A stretch of 64,000 nt of DNA from the human T2T-CHM13v2.0 reference genome, Homo sapiens, in the NCBI RefSeq assembly GCF_009914755.1, contig NC_060926.1. One strand, 5' to 3'. Each line of letters starts with the position of its first letter. Within the stretch, counting starts at the first letter, position 1. The translations under genes were made by a program, and so were the position numbers. Positions 12,655-25,359 of this stretch are shown piece by piece. Below the pieces are notes generated by a model. It saw only the letters and a list, made by a program, of their open reading frames with translations, ran no database searches and was not told the origin of the DNA.

Positions 12655-13253
12655 ACTTTATTTTTTAAATTTCTATTTTAGGTTCAGGGGTACATGTTCC
12701 AGTTTGTTATATAGGTAAGTTATGGGTCATGAGTTTGCCTGTTGTTCCCCTCTTAGTGTTCATGTGTTTTTACTGTTGAGCTCTCACTTATAAATGAGAA
12801 CATGTGATATTTCATTTTCTGTTCCTGCATTAGTTTGCTGAGGATAATGGCCTCCAGCTTCATCTTTGTTGTGGCAAAGAACATGCTTGTTCTTGTTTAT
12901 GGCTGCATGGTATTCCACGGTGTATCTGTACCACATTTTTTATCTAGTGTACTGTTGAGGGGCATTTAGCTTGATTCCATGTCTTTGCTATTCTGAATAG
13001 TGCTTCAATTCACATGTGTGAGCATGTGTCTTTATGGTAGAACAATTTAGATTATTACTTTGGATATATACACAATAATAGGATTGTTGGGTCGAATGAT
13101 AATTACATTTTAAGTTCTTTGAGGAATCACCACACTGCTTTCCACAATGGCTGAATTAATTTACACTTCTACCAGCGTTATATAAGCATTACCTTTTCTC
13201 TGTAACGTCACTAGCATTTGCTGTTTTCTTAATAATAGCCATTCTGATTAGTC
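12655..13253 (-). mobile_element. L1PA15/16-like LINE-1 3' end, 5'-truncated, with internal deletion
   Basis: ggttcaggggtacatgttccagtttgttatataggtaa ... aaatgagaacatgtgatatt ... ttccacaatggctgaattaatttacac. Confidence 0.9.
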
Positions 13254-14168
13254 TAAGTTTGAGAGCGCTAGAAATGAGCTGGTATAAGGATTGGATCAAT
13301 TATCAATTATCAATAGACTAAGTCTATAAAGTTTGACTGGAATTTCAGAGTTGCTGACATTCAGAGTGTAGCTAATAGGTTACACAGAAAAGCAACATGC
13401 ACATACTAGATCTTTTTTTTAACACAACAGTTTTTAGTAGATTGATAAAACTATCTTTATTATAAGAATTTAATTTACTTAACTGATAATGTCTTGTGTT
13501 TTCAATGTTAAGAGGTATGGCAGGCAATCTTATTCTGATATTAATGAATGCAATCATTAAAAAGAAAGTGCTTTAACCACATGAGCCCATTTCACATATG
13601 AAAACATAGAACCTGCAACAATAATGTATTTCCACTAATACAAAATTAAGTATTTTACTCAGGCATGCATGAAAAAAAATTGTTATTACTAAGAGATTCA
13701 TGAAGCAACATTGATTAAGGATTTTGGTGACTTTTATCAATGGCGGGAATCATTTTGCTTTGAGAAAAACAAATCCACACTGCTAGAACTTGTTCATCTC
13801 TTTGGGTATCAACATAATTAAGATACAACTTATAAGATGTTAAACAGAAGCTGGACTCAAAAAACAATAGGCTGAAGGAAAAAGCAAAAAAAAAAATCAT
13901 CCTTTTGGGTTTGGTTATTAAGTTATTTATTCATCTCATGTATATATCTTACAACCATCCTGCAGAAATAACTGGGGAAACACTGGAATTCATCAGTTTT
14001 TCTTTCAAACATTTATAGGAATTCTGACTTGAATTACAACACAAATTAGTGGAGAACAGAGAAATGTTATATTAAATTTTGTTTCTTGATAGGTGTTAAA
14101 TGTCCTATAAAGTTATTGACATATGGAAAACACAGTATCCTAGGAGTCTCCTTCAAACCAGCTCTATG

Positions 14169-14375
14169 ACAGCAGTTCTCAACCAGAAGCAATTCTCCCC
14201 CAGGGGACATTTGGCAATTTCTGGGGATATTTTTGATTGTTTCAACTAGAAGTAAGGGGACAGGGTGATACAAGTATCTGTTGGGTAGAGGCCAGGATGC
14301 AGCTAAACATCCTAAAAATACACAGGACAGCCCCACCACCAAGAATGATCCAGTCTGAAGTATCGGTAGCATACA
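14169..14375. mobile_element. MER20 (hAT-Charlie) non-autonomous DNA transposon
   Basis: cagcagttctcaacc..cccccaggggacatttggcaatttctggggatatttttgattg..gggtagaggccaggatgcagctaaacatcct..cacaggacagccccc. Confidence 0.88.
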
Positions 14376-15584
14376 CTGGCTGTATATATTATATATTTTT
14401 AGGCAAATTACTACATAGAGTTAATACTTCAGATCTCTCCCAATTAAAGTTTAAACCTAGAGTGCAGGCACATGATAACAAGGATGGAAATATACTCCAG
14501 CTTAATAGGGCCAGATTAAATAAAAACCTCCATCTGGCTTCCATGCTGAGGCCTGTGGAAGCCTTAAAGAATATGTTTATTATGGCTTGTGCAGGATCTA
14601 GCAGTGGAGAGCTCCAACTGAGTATTTATTGACTTTGGCACAAGTACTAGTTTTTGTTGGATGTTTGCATATCATTTTATTAATTCAACTTTTGCCATAT
14701 TCCAATATTTTTGGTTAACATGGGACTTTAAAATTAGTGGGCCATCTGCTTTAGATGTTGCAGGGTATTTGTTGCCAAAGATTTGGAAAGATGCAAAGCA
14801 TGAGATGCACATATTGTCTCCGTAAAATAAATAAAATAATTAAAATGTTGCATTTACTATTGTCCAAATGAATTTTCAAAACTCTCATTTTGAATTTTTG
14901 CTAACAAGCCTTATGAGCATTTAAATCAATCAACACCAAGTACATTTTGATATGCTGCTTTCTACAAAGAGTTATCTGCATGTGAATTCTCACATTTATT
15001 AATTCTTCCACATGAACAATACCTTTCATTTAATGTGGATTGTAATGATGTTGAGTGCGTAAGATATTTTTAATTTGCTGAGACGAATATTAAAATGCAA
15101 ATAATGTGCACGTGTTCAGTACAATTTACCTCCACATGTCAAGGATATTTTATTGTTTCAAATGGGCTGACTTGATTAAGGAGACCCGGGCACACCCTAG
15201 GATGTGAACACATGGCATTTTCGTGGAACTGCAAGAATTCCAATGGGACTTCATTACAGCCTCCCTGGAAAAGACTCTCATGATATATACCCTGTGGGTA
15301 GTTTCAACTGGAGACACAATTCTGCTTTCATTTCTCGTTAATAATCCATACTTGTAATTAGAGTTGGGACTGACTCTTAAAGTTTGCTTTTCAGCAAGGT
15401 TTAAAGGTATTCGTAGGTGAGTGTTTTTTAAGCACTAATATCTGCTTAAGTTTTAAGGCATCGTGTCTCAGTAGCATAAACAATAAACGATGATTTAATT
15501 TGCTGATGGTTCAATTTTTGCTTTTCTGGTGACCCACTATATAATCCCGAAAATCTTTCAATAGCAGCTGTTCCCTTAAGGACA

Positions 15585-16345
15585 ACTTTCCAATGGCTTC
15601 AGATGACACATAGAATTAAAATAAAGTCATACTTATTTGTCACATGGCTGAGGGCCTTAAGTTATCTACTTAAATCAGCTTTCCATTCCTTAATTGCCCA
15701 AATAGTACATCTGCCTCAGGATCTTTGCACTTGCTGTTTCTTTTTCCGGGAATTTTCATCCCTCAGATACGCATATAATTCACCTCCTCAGTTAATCTTC
15801 TGCTGAAGTATTTCTTACACAGAAGAGATTTCTCTGAATAACCTTCTTAAATAGTACTCCTTGCTACTTTTAATCTGTCTTACTCTGCTTTGCTTTTTTA
15901 AATTTAACTTAATTTAATTTAATTTTCAGATGGGGTCGCACTCACTCTGTTGCCAAGGCTGGAGTGTAGGGTGTAATCATAGCTCACTGCAGCATTGAAC
16001 TCCTGGGCTCAAGTGATCCTCCTGCCTCAGACTCTTGAATAGCTGGGACTCCAGGCATGTTTCACCACACCCGGATTTTTTTTTTAATTTTGTAGAGATG
16101 GAGTCTTGTCATGTTGCCCAGGCTGGTCTCAAACTCCTGATCTTAAGTCCTTTGTTTTCTTTGTTGCATATTTTACATCTAACATTATGTTATATATGCA
16201 TTTGCTTATTTTTGGTCATCTGTTTTCCCATTGTACATGCACAAACTCCCTTAGAGTATATTAGCAATTGTGGCTCCTGGAACTAGGGCGTATCTGGCAC
16301 TAATTAAATCTTGCATTAAAATGTATTGAGTAAATTAATAAATAC
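15585..16345 (+). mobile_element. L2 3' region interrupted by an Alu
   Basis: tccaatggcttc..ctgcctcaggatctttgcacttgctgtttc.. and terminus ctggcac..aatgtattgagtaaattaataaa. Confidence 0.7.
15900..16142 (-). mobile_element. AluJ-type SINE, 5'-truncated
   Basis: ggctggagtgtagggtgtaatcatagctcactgcagc..ctcctgggctcaagtgatcctcc..ggctggtctcaaactcctg. Confidence 0.92.
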
Positions 16346-16399
16346 ATTTTAGTATGAAGTTTCACAAATGTTTAAGAACATAAACTGTAAATAATGATG

Positions 16400-16600
16400 G
16401 TTTAAATATATTGACCACTTCCCATGAGCCAGGCACATTATGTTAGTATCTTATTTAATGCCTGCCATGACTCACTGAAGTAGGTGATGTTACTATCCCA
16501 AAATTACAGATTAAAAACACAGGTCAAAAAAGTTAAGTAATTTTCCCACCTTGAATCTGGTACACTGATTCTTGATCCTATGATTTTATCCACTTCTGCA
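16400..16600 (-). mobile_element. MIR SINE
   Basis: gagccaggcac..tgaagtaggtgatgttactatcccaaaattacagattaaaaacacagg..gttaagtaattttccc. Confidence 0.7.
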
Positions 16601-16859
16601 ATACTGTTTTTCCCTAATGGATGAGATTGACTATCAAGTTAGAGCTTACCTATATGTATCAAAATACCAGAGGTAAGAAACACTTATTTGCTTTCACCAC
16701 AAATATTTAATGAACACTGTATGAAGATCTTGTGATTGGACAGTGATAATGAATTGTGGTTTTATGTATTCTCCCTTCATGTAAAGAAAAACAATTTAGC
16801 TCTGATCACCAATAAAGTTTCCAATAATGACCCTTTCAATGAAGCATACAAACACTGTG

Positions 16860-16863
<4 letters not shown>

Positions 16864-16903
<40 letters not shown>
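16864..16903. repeat. (TG)20 microsatellite
   Basis: Direct observation. Confidence 0.97.
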
Positions 16904-16904
<1 letters not shown>

Positions 16905-17591
16905 ATATACTTGAATCAGAATTCTCTGATATGCTTCTTTCTTTCTGAAACCTGTCCCAACCCTACTGAATTAAAGGCTTTGCAGGTAAGGCTCAGGTGA
17001 TTCTAGCAATATTCAAAATACCGGGTAAAAAAAATTTTTTTGAAAGGTTACACCAGTTTTGCTGGCAGAGGTCTAACAAATATGTGATTGTTTTGATATC
17101 CTAGAATAAAAATACATTTCATATTGCTTTCCAAACAATTTGGGTCAGGGGTCAATTTCACAGCTGCAAACTGTTCTCTCTGTATATATCCTTTGCTAGC
17201 ATCGCTCTTAGAAAGAATGGTAATGCCATTAATACCTACCGTTGCAAGTGTTTATGGTAAATACTGCCAGTGTTGCCTGCCTCCCATAAACACAAGCAGC
17301 AGTTTATAGAAAGCAAGAGTATTTTAAAAACTTCTAAACTTAGTGCTATTTCTTTTAGCAAGATCAATCAGCTGAAGTTCACTCCGATACCCCAATAGCA
17401 TGGTGCAGATTTAAAGAGATGACTGCCTAAAACATGCTTGACTATTTTGACTAACACATCTAGAAAGGTTCATTTAACCCCATATTAAATGTTCTTTTAA
17501 ATACTCATCAATTTACATCAATATTTCATAGCTACAATCCCAAAATGAGTATGTCATTGCTTTTTGAATTTGAAGGAGAGTTATCTCCTTT

Positions 17592-17820
17592 GCTGTGTCT
17601 GGTTAGTTCAGTTTGGTACAAAAATTGCCAAGGTCCCAGTTTTGATTTGCTCCCCAGTCATAGTTGGTCCTCCCTCATAGTTCCAATTACTGGTCTTCAA
17701 AATGTGACCTACTACTCACAATGAAGTTAGACAGGGGCAATAAGAGAACCTGAGAACTACCAACAGAGCTGGAAGAACAATTAAAACATGTGCTGTGCAA
17801 TTATTGTATCAGTAGACATT
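17592..17820 (+). mobile_element. Probable MamSINE1 (ancient tRNA-derived SINE)
   Basis: The head ctggttagttcagtttggt..gccaaggtcccagttttgatt resembles tRNA-Ile A/B boxes. The tail ctggaagaacaattaaaacatgtgctgtg..tcagtag resembles the recalled MamSINE1 3' part. Confidence 0.55.
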
Positions 17821-18575
17821 GAGTCACAGGTATGTACTCAGTAATTATAGTAATAAATGAAAACAGTATACTATGATCAAATCTATTTTTATACATATTA
17901 TTGAATAAATTTTCCCAGCTTCTTTTCTAATACTTTTTTTTTTTTTGGCTCTTGGCATAACAGTATTTAAGACGTAGTTGCCTATCATTACACAACCTGC
18001 ACATGGTAGAAAAGAGACTTGAAATTTTGTTGTTGTTTTAAATCAACATATTGGAGACCTTGTTTATCTGAAAAATAATAATGTTTTGCCAAAGATAGAC
18101 AGATAAGTAGACAGATAAATAAAAGTTCTTTTTTTCTCCTATCTGTAAATTCCTGCAGTAGTTGGAAGTTTTTTCTTTTGGTCAATGTTCGACTTTATCA
18201 ATCAATTTTATTGAACTATGTCAAAGGAGTTAGAACACTAGTCATTTAGTCCACTTGTTTTTCTAGTTAATAAAACTCATCTTTTAATAAAGGCATCTGC
18301 ATCAGAACAAAAGAAAAAAGTCAGATTGCGTGAGTTTACATCACTCTTCCATGACTTCACATAATTTTAAATGATTTTATCATTATTTTTAACTACAGAT
18401 CCAGTTGAGTCTAAAAAAAAAAGAGAGAATGAAGTTTCCAAAATTGGCCAACTTCATTTCTTACTATAGTAATAAACCTTACCAACTTAACTGAAGGAAG
18501 AAAGATGGTGTCATTCTAAGAATAATCTAAATTTCTTCAACAATACTTAAAGTAAAAGTGGTGGCTGTATAATAC

Positions 18576-19640
18576 AGCAGTTCTCAAAGTGGAGTCTGCA
18601 TATTCCTTGGGGGGTGGTCCCTGAGACACTTTCAGGGACCTATGAGGTGAAAACTCTTTTCATAATAACGCGAAGATATAATTTGCCTTTTGTAGTGTGT
18701 TGGTACTTGCCCTGGTGGTGCAAAAGCAATGGTGGGTGAAACTGCTGGCACCTTAACATGAATCAAGGACTTGACCCCAATCTGCAGGGCTAGGCATTGT
18801 AGCCTTCATCTCCATGCACTGGATAGAGAAGAAAAGCCATTTTCATTGAAGAAAATCCTTGAAGCACTAAACATTACTTTATTAAAACTCAACACTAAGA
18901 ATATATCTTTTCAATAGTGTACGTGATGAAATGGGGCTTACACATTAAGCATTTCTACTGTGTACTGAAATACAATAGTCGCCTCAAGAGAAATCTCTTG
19001 TGTGATTGAGTTTCACACTGAAGCTACCACTTTGTTATAACATTTAATTTTAATGGGAAAGAATGAGAGACAAATGGTGGTTATTCAGAGTGGAGTATTT
19101 GACAAACATCATCCTGAAAATGAATGAAGCAAGGGTGCCACTTCAAGGAAAGGAACCAAGAATATTTGCTGTCTATGATCGAGTTTGAGTTCTCCAGCAA
19201 CCATTAGACATTTGGATAACTTGTATCCGTAATAATTCAAAATATTGTAAAGATTCATTCAAAATGCAAGATAGACCAACAGATTGTACAAAACAATTAC
19301 TGATATGGTTTAAGATTCCACATTTCAACTAACCTTGTTAAACTGTCACTTGTTGAGTTTCGGTACAGTGTTAAATCAGAAGAATATCCACAATTTTCTG
19401 AAAAAAAAGGGATAAAATATGATTCTCTTTTCTATTTACATATTATTGAGGTCAGGTTTTCTGTATAGGTTAAAACAAAACAACAATTTTTTATTAAAAG
19501 ATTAATCAAATTTCAATCTAATTTACATAGAAATTTAATGGAGAGGGAGTTATGAGAATCCAGACACTAAAGTGATTTATGAAAGCCTAAAATGCATACA
19601 TATGTGATGCTGGTAATAATTTTTGGAAATATGTTTTCCT
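18576..19640. mobile_element. Charlie1 (Charlie1a-like) hAT DNA transposon fragment
   Basis: cagcagttctcaaagtgg..gtccctgagacactttcaggg..ggtgcaaaagcaatggtgggtgaaactgctggcaccttaacatgaatcaagg..agattccacatttcaactaacctt..gaatatccacaattttctgaaaa. Confidence 0.85.
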
Positions 19641-20071
19641 ATCAAAGTAATACAAATATATGTCCTCCTGAATCCCCAACTTATATCTTGGTACACCGAG
19701 TTCACCTACTTTCATATTGTTGACGTGACACACCATTGCATTTTAAGGATCAGCCAATCAGCAAGAAAGAGACACAGAGACAGAGTGAGAACCCCATACA
19801 CGTAGAGGCAAAGAGGAACCATGCCTCTGGTTTCATCTATGCGAATGAATTGTTTTTGTTTTTTAAATATTCTTTGAAAATGTTTTCACACACCCTCGAG
19901 CAAACCAAACAGACCCTGATTCTGTTCTGCAGAAAAGAATCACAACCTCCCTATAAAATGCAGGTCTTTGGCCCTGGGTGGATGTTACACTTTGTGAGTG
20001 AATCCTACATTGTCGTATTTCTCATCTGCAGTGATCTTAAGGAGAAGACCACTAGTCAAAAATTAGTGGTT

Positions 20072-21100
20072 CCAATCTAAATGTCCGTGGACAGATGAAC
20101 GGATGAAGAAAATGAAATAATCCAGGCACAGAAAGGCAAATACTGCACAACCTCATTAATATGTGTGCAGTAGTCCAGGTTCTCCGCAGGAACAGAACTC
20201 ATAGGATAGATGTATGTATGAAAGGAAGCTCACTAAGGAGAGTCGGCTCGCATGATCACAAGGTGAAGTCCCATGACAGGGCATCTGCAAGCTGAGAAGG
20301 TAGGAAGCCAGTAGTGGCTCAGTCCGAGTCCAAAGTCCTCAAAATTAGGGGAGCTGCCAGTGCAGCCTTCCATCTGTGGCTGAAGGCACGAAAGCCCTTG
20401 GCAAGGCACTGGTGTAAGTCCAAGAGTCCAAAGGCTGAAGAACCCCAAGTCTGATGTCCAAGAGCGGGAGGAAGAGGGGGAAGCATCCAGCACGGGAGAA
20501 AGATGAAGGCCAGAAAACTCAGCAATCCAGCCTATCCCACCTTCCTCCCCCTGCTTTGTTCCAGCGATGCTGGCAGCCAATTGGATGGTCCCCACCAACA
20601 TGGAGACTGGGTCTTCCTTTCCCAGGCCACTGACTCAAATATCCACTCCTCTGGCAACAGCCTCCCAGACGCACCAAGAAACAGTACTTTACCAGCCATC
20701 TAGACATCCTTCAATCCAATTGAGTTGACACCTAATATTTACCATCACAATGTAGAATCCAAAAAAGTTAAGCTCATAGTAGAGTAGAAAGGTGCTTACA
20801 GGGTCTAGGAGTGTGTGGGAAAGCCAGGAGGTGTTGGCCAAAGGATACAGCATTTCAGTAATGCAAGATGAGGGAGTAAAATGTACGACATGGTGGCTAC
20901 AGTCAACAATGCTGCAGTGTACACTTGAAATTTGCTGAAAGGGCAGATCTTAAGTGTTCTCACTACTGAAGTCTTATGACTATGTGAGGTGATAAATATG
21001 ACTGTGGTAATCATTTGTATATCAAAACATCACATTGTACACTTTAATATACATACTTTTTAATTTAGCACTGATTTCTCTATAAATCTGGGAAAAAAAA
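20072..21100 (+). mobile_element. L1MA8/9-like 3' end, split by an MLT2 LTR
   Basis: aaatgtccgtggacagatgaacggatgaagaaaatg..ggcacagaaaggcaaatactgcac | gaatccaaaaaagt..cttgaaatttgctgaaagggcagatcttaagtgttctcac..A-tail. Confidence 0.85.
20166..20749 (-). mobile_element. MLT2 (MLT2A2/MLT2B-type) HERV-L solo LTR
   Basis: tgcagtagtccaggttctcc..atcacaaggtgaagtccc..agttgacacctaatatttaccatcaca. TSD atgtg/atgta. Confidence 0.92.
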
Positions 21101-21188
21101 TAGTGCTTCACTAGCCAGGGCTAACAACACTGTGAGATTTAAAGACATAGAACTCAAGTCAAGACGGTTAGTGCCCTCCCCTCCTCCA

Positions 21189-21326
21189 CTTTTTTGAGAC
21201 AGAGTCTCATTCTGTCTCCCAGGCTATAGTGCAGTGATACCATCGTAGATCACTGCAACCTCCACCTCCTGGGTTCAAGTGATCCTCTCTCCTCAGTCTC
21301 CTGAGTAGCTGGGACTATAGGTACAA
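21189..21326 (-). mobile_element. Alu right-monomer fragment (AluJ/FRAM-like)
   Basis: ttttttgagacagagtctcattctg..gagtagctgggactataggtac. Confidence 0.9.
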
Positions 21327-24300
21327 GAATCTTGGCATCTAAAACAATGCTTACTTCCACCTGCAAAGAATATTGACCAAAACGTTTATATCTTTCTAGA
21401 AAACTTCCACCTAAGCAACTCCCACAGCTGTTCATTTTGCTATGAATTTGTATATGGCAGATGGCCTTGGAATTTTTGGCTCTGTACCCCCTCGGGGTAA
21501 AATGTGTTGCTGTTTTTACACCTCCCATCATTTGAAAATTAAAACATGTACTCATATGCCATGAGCCTGTCTTCTCATGGGTTTCTCCATTGTTTCATTG
21601 CATAGTGTGGGTAAACAGCTTACATCCTAATTCAGCCTGTGAAGACTAGAGAACAGGGCTCTCAGTGTTCTGCTGGTCACATTGGATAAAGACTGGAGGG
21701 AAACCTTTCAATCTGATTTAGGGAAATATAACTATCTAGAGTCTTACCTTTGTGGGTTTTGCCACTCTGGGCTGAAGCAAATGAAAAGAGAAAGGTCCTT
21801 TGAAGTTTCCCAGAATGTATGTAATGTCTGGTGTCCAGAGGAGGTAGACACATTTCAAGAATTTATTACTCTGGAAAATGTGATAATTCTGATCTGTAGC
21901 CTAATGGTACACATGTGAACTAATCAATGTATGACACATGGTTTTCCCAACAAGCTTATTAAATAAAAAATTGTCCTACTTTGACCTGAAGATGTTTTAT
22001 TTACCTTTATCAAAAAAGAGTGCATTTAAAGGGCTTCTTGCTAAGAAAGAGGACATAGAACCTCAGGTCAAGCAGCCCAGAACCTGAGCATGGAGAGTGT
22101 GCACGTTACCGTCAGCTAACCTGGGTGCACACCTCTGGCCCATGTTTACTAGGTGTGAGAAGTGTCTCAAACAGGGTCTGGGCAGATGCTGAGGAGCAGC
22201 CAGAGGACAGAACCCTGTGGAAGCAGAAGAGAAGAAACCAGATACAACCTCAACTACTAATCAAATTAAGTATCAAATAATAAAAGGTATCTTACTATCA
22301 GGAGACATGAGATCAGGAGATCTGGCTGGGGGATGTCTGCAGTGGGTCTGAGATCTGGACGTGGAGTTGAGAGGGAGAGTATGAACACTGGGAGAGGCCA
22401 GAGCCTCATTTTCGGGTATATCTTGCTCTTTAGATTAAATAAGTTTAGTTATGATTGTGTCTGTTACCTTTCTACTTTAAACCAGAGACAACTTTTTAAC
22501 CTCCTCCAAAAGTTCTCAAAGAAAATGACACTATCAAAACTCAGAATTACAAGTAACTTATTCAAGAAATGAAATTTTATTTTCTAAATGTGCATGCAAT
22601 ATTTAAATTTTCAGAGGGGCAAGAAGGACAAAGGGATTAACTTTTGTGGCTTATGCCACTTAGGCACATCTAGGAAAGACTGTGCGGCCTGTGAGTATGC
22701 GGAATTGAATAATAGGACACCGAATTCACTCTGGGAAAACCTGCCTGAAACTTCACTGGGGGGCATCTGTTAAGAACAAGAATCACCTTCCAATCACATT
22801 ACTAAGCACCCACTGGGCTTTATTACTTACAAAAATAATAACAACAATATTCATAATGATTAAACCTTGCCTAAAGGGATACTACATAGTCATATATTTA
22901 TTTAAATGTACACTTCAATACAAATTTTATATAGCAACAAATAGTAAATTCAGATAAAAAGTCCTTTATTTAATAAAAGATGAATGATTAATATAGAAAG
23001 TACTTGGAATCCAGGGAACAAGAGATTCAAGCTCTTGCAAAAAGATCGACTTGAGGAACAAAAACACTTTGAATAATATTTGTGGACCGAGTGAGTGATA
23101 GAGAGGTGAGTAGGAAAGAGAGAATGACACAATTCTTGTAGAACGGGATGTTCTTGGATTCACAGAGGAGGTTGTACTTGAGCTGAGGCTGGAAATAGAG
23201 AAGCATGAGATTTTCATGGGCGATTGGAGTGGGGTCCTAGTGAGGAAGGAAGGGGTAAGCAAAGCCTCCCGGTCCTTCAGGTAGGAGAAGCAATCATTGC
23301 AGGTTTTGTGCAGCCGTGTGGGACAAAGACAATAAGCACATGGGTGAAACACGCATGCCACGGCAAATGCACATGAAATGTCTGAGATTTTTTTTTTTTT
23401 GAGTGGCTCTAGTTAACGACTCCTCTGATTTAATATGAGCTGTTAAAAAGAATCACTGCATTTCAACCAAATTATCATACCACTAAAAATGTTCGTCAAC
23501 CTGTCAGTGTTGTGCCTGCAACTTGAACTCTCTGATGATTTAACTTTCATGCAATATTCGATCTTTTTATCATAAAAGTGAAGATAAATAACTCAAGTGC
23601 AAACAGAAAATTCTTTCAGATCTCTTCAGAAAGCTGCTTTAAGGGTTCAGGGCTTCTGTGACCCTGGCCTCAGTATGAACAGCTTAGCATGAGAATATTG
23701 GCTGAAAAACCCCAGCATTCTGCACTGGCAGATGGAGTGTGTGGCCATTTTTGAAGAGGAACAAATGTATGAATTTAATTAGCAAGGGATTTGACAGCTC
23801 CTTTCCTTTAGTTGCATAATTTTGGAGACAATTGGAATAAAGTACATGTTTTCTTCTTACAAAGATACACTGTTGCAACATTTTCCCATTTCTTCCTTTT
23901 TCTCTGATTTTCTTTATGCCTCCCCCAGTTTAGGAGCCCATAAATTGTATTATTTATGCATTTTTTTCTAGATTTGTGGTAAAGACCGCTTATGTCTATG
24001 AGTCTTTTAACAGAAGACCGAGTTGGCATGCATGCACTTGATTTGTGGCTGGCACAGTGCTAACAGCAGCCTGCCTTTAAGACCACGTACCTCACACCAC
24101 CCTCTGCAGTTTATTAAAGATGCTGTGGAGCAGAGAAAATGCAGTCTTTTCAGAGGGCAGATCTCAATGCATTACATTATTTTTACAGGGAATTTTAATG
24201 GATATAATCCTTGACCTGACAATATATTAAGAGAGAAACTGAGGGCAAAGAAAGTGTCCTTAATCTCAGTCCAATTCTTGATATCAAATAGCAAAAGTCC

Positions 24301-24421
24301 TGCAAAGGGTCAATGCAAATAAAGTATTTGTAGAAGCCTGTGTAGACAGCAGCCCTTTTTGGATGCGTAGTTCCCATAAGAAGATTAAATGAGGACCTTA
24401 GGGCACAGATGTACCTTAAGC

Positions 24422-24729
24422 CAGCGGTCCCCAACCTTTTTGGCACCAGGGACCAGTGTAGTGGAAGATAATCTTTCCACAGATCCGTGGGGGAGTGATG
24501 GTTGAGGAGGCATTAGATTTTCACGGGGAGTGCAACTTAGGTCCCTCCCATGCACAGTTCACAATAGGGTTCATAGTCCTATGAGAATCTGATGCTGCCA
24601 CTGATCGACAGAAGACAGGGCTCAGGACATAATGCCCACTTGCCTGCCAATCAACTCCTGCTCTGCAGCCTGGTTCCTAACAGGCCATGGACCAGTACTG
24701 GTCCACAGCCTGGGCATCGGGGACCCTTG
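24422..24729 (-). mobile_element. MER1B (hAT-Charlie) MITE
   Basis: TIR-like ends cagcggtcccc / ggggacccttg. 8-bp TSD ccttaagc/ccttaaga. Confidence 0.92.
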
Positions 24730-24982
24730 CCTTAAGAAATAATGTTCTTGACTCTTAGGTACACCTTTAATATTCACAATGGAGAAAATATCAACCCTAC
24801 TATCAGGCTGAAGTTGATTAAATTCAATAATATATGTAGAAAAACGAAAGCTTTCCAGCGTAAAAGATTACTACTGCTGCTGTGCTGGACTCCACAAAGC
24901 TGTCTTTCCACTTAGAAAGTTATGCTGTTTAGTTAAAGGGTGCTACCTGGTGAGCCTTCGACCATGGGCCGTTGCTCAGCTC

Positions 24983-25052
24983 TGTGCCAAATACAATCTT
25001 AAGCCGTCACATAACCATGTGCCGAATACAATCTTAAGGCATCACATATCCA
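24983..25052. repeat. 35-bp tandem duplication
   Basis: tgtgccaaatacaatcttaagccgtcacataacca / tgtgccgaatacaatcttaaggcatcacatatcca (4 mismatches). Confidence 0.93.
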
Positions 25053-25359
25053 TGTGTCAGAGGCTCCTCAAAAGCCTCAGCAGAGCCACCTGTTCTTCAA
25101 GGACTCTGGTGCCCAAACTCCATCTAACGAGGTCTTTGTTCTCTTTGTGACCCATCCTCCTTTCCGCATCTGCCTACTGAAACCCGGTCCTTCATGGCGC
25201 TAGAAGGACTAGCGGAGGGGGTGTGGATGGAGGACAGAGAACACAGAGTTCCTGTGAGCCGGCTTTCCATTTTCTCCCACATCAAGTGAAATAACAGAGG
25301 GACCAAGTGAAACACACCAGAGCCCTGGTTACCTCTGAAAACAGAGGTGGAGGAATCAT

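Noticed and set aside
17595-17650. tRNA-Ile gene
   Set aside because: The anticodon arm is missing and the boxes are degenerate; better explained as a SINE head.
24686-24703. Perfect 18-bp palindrome tggaccagtactggtcca
   Set aside because: Intrinsic to the MER1 consensus.
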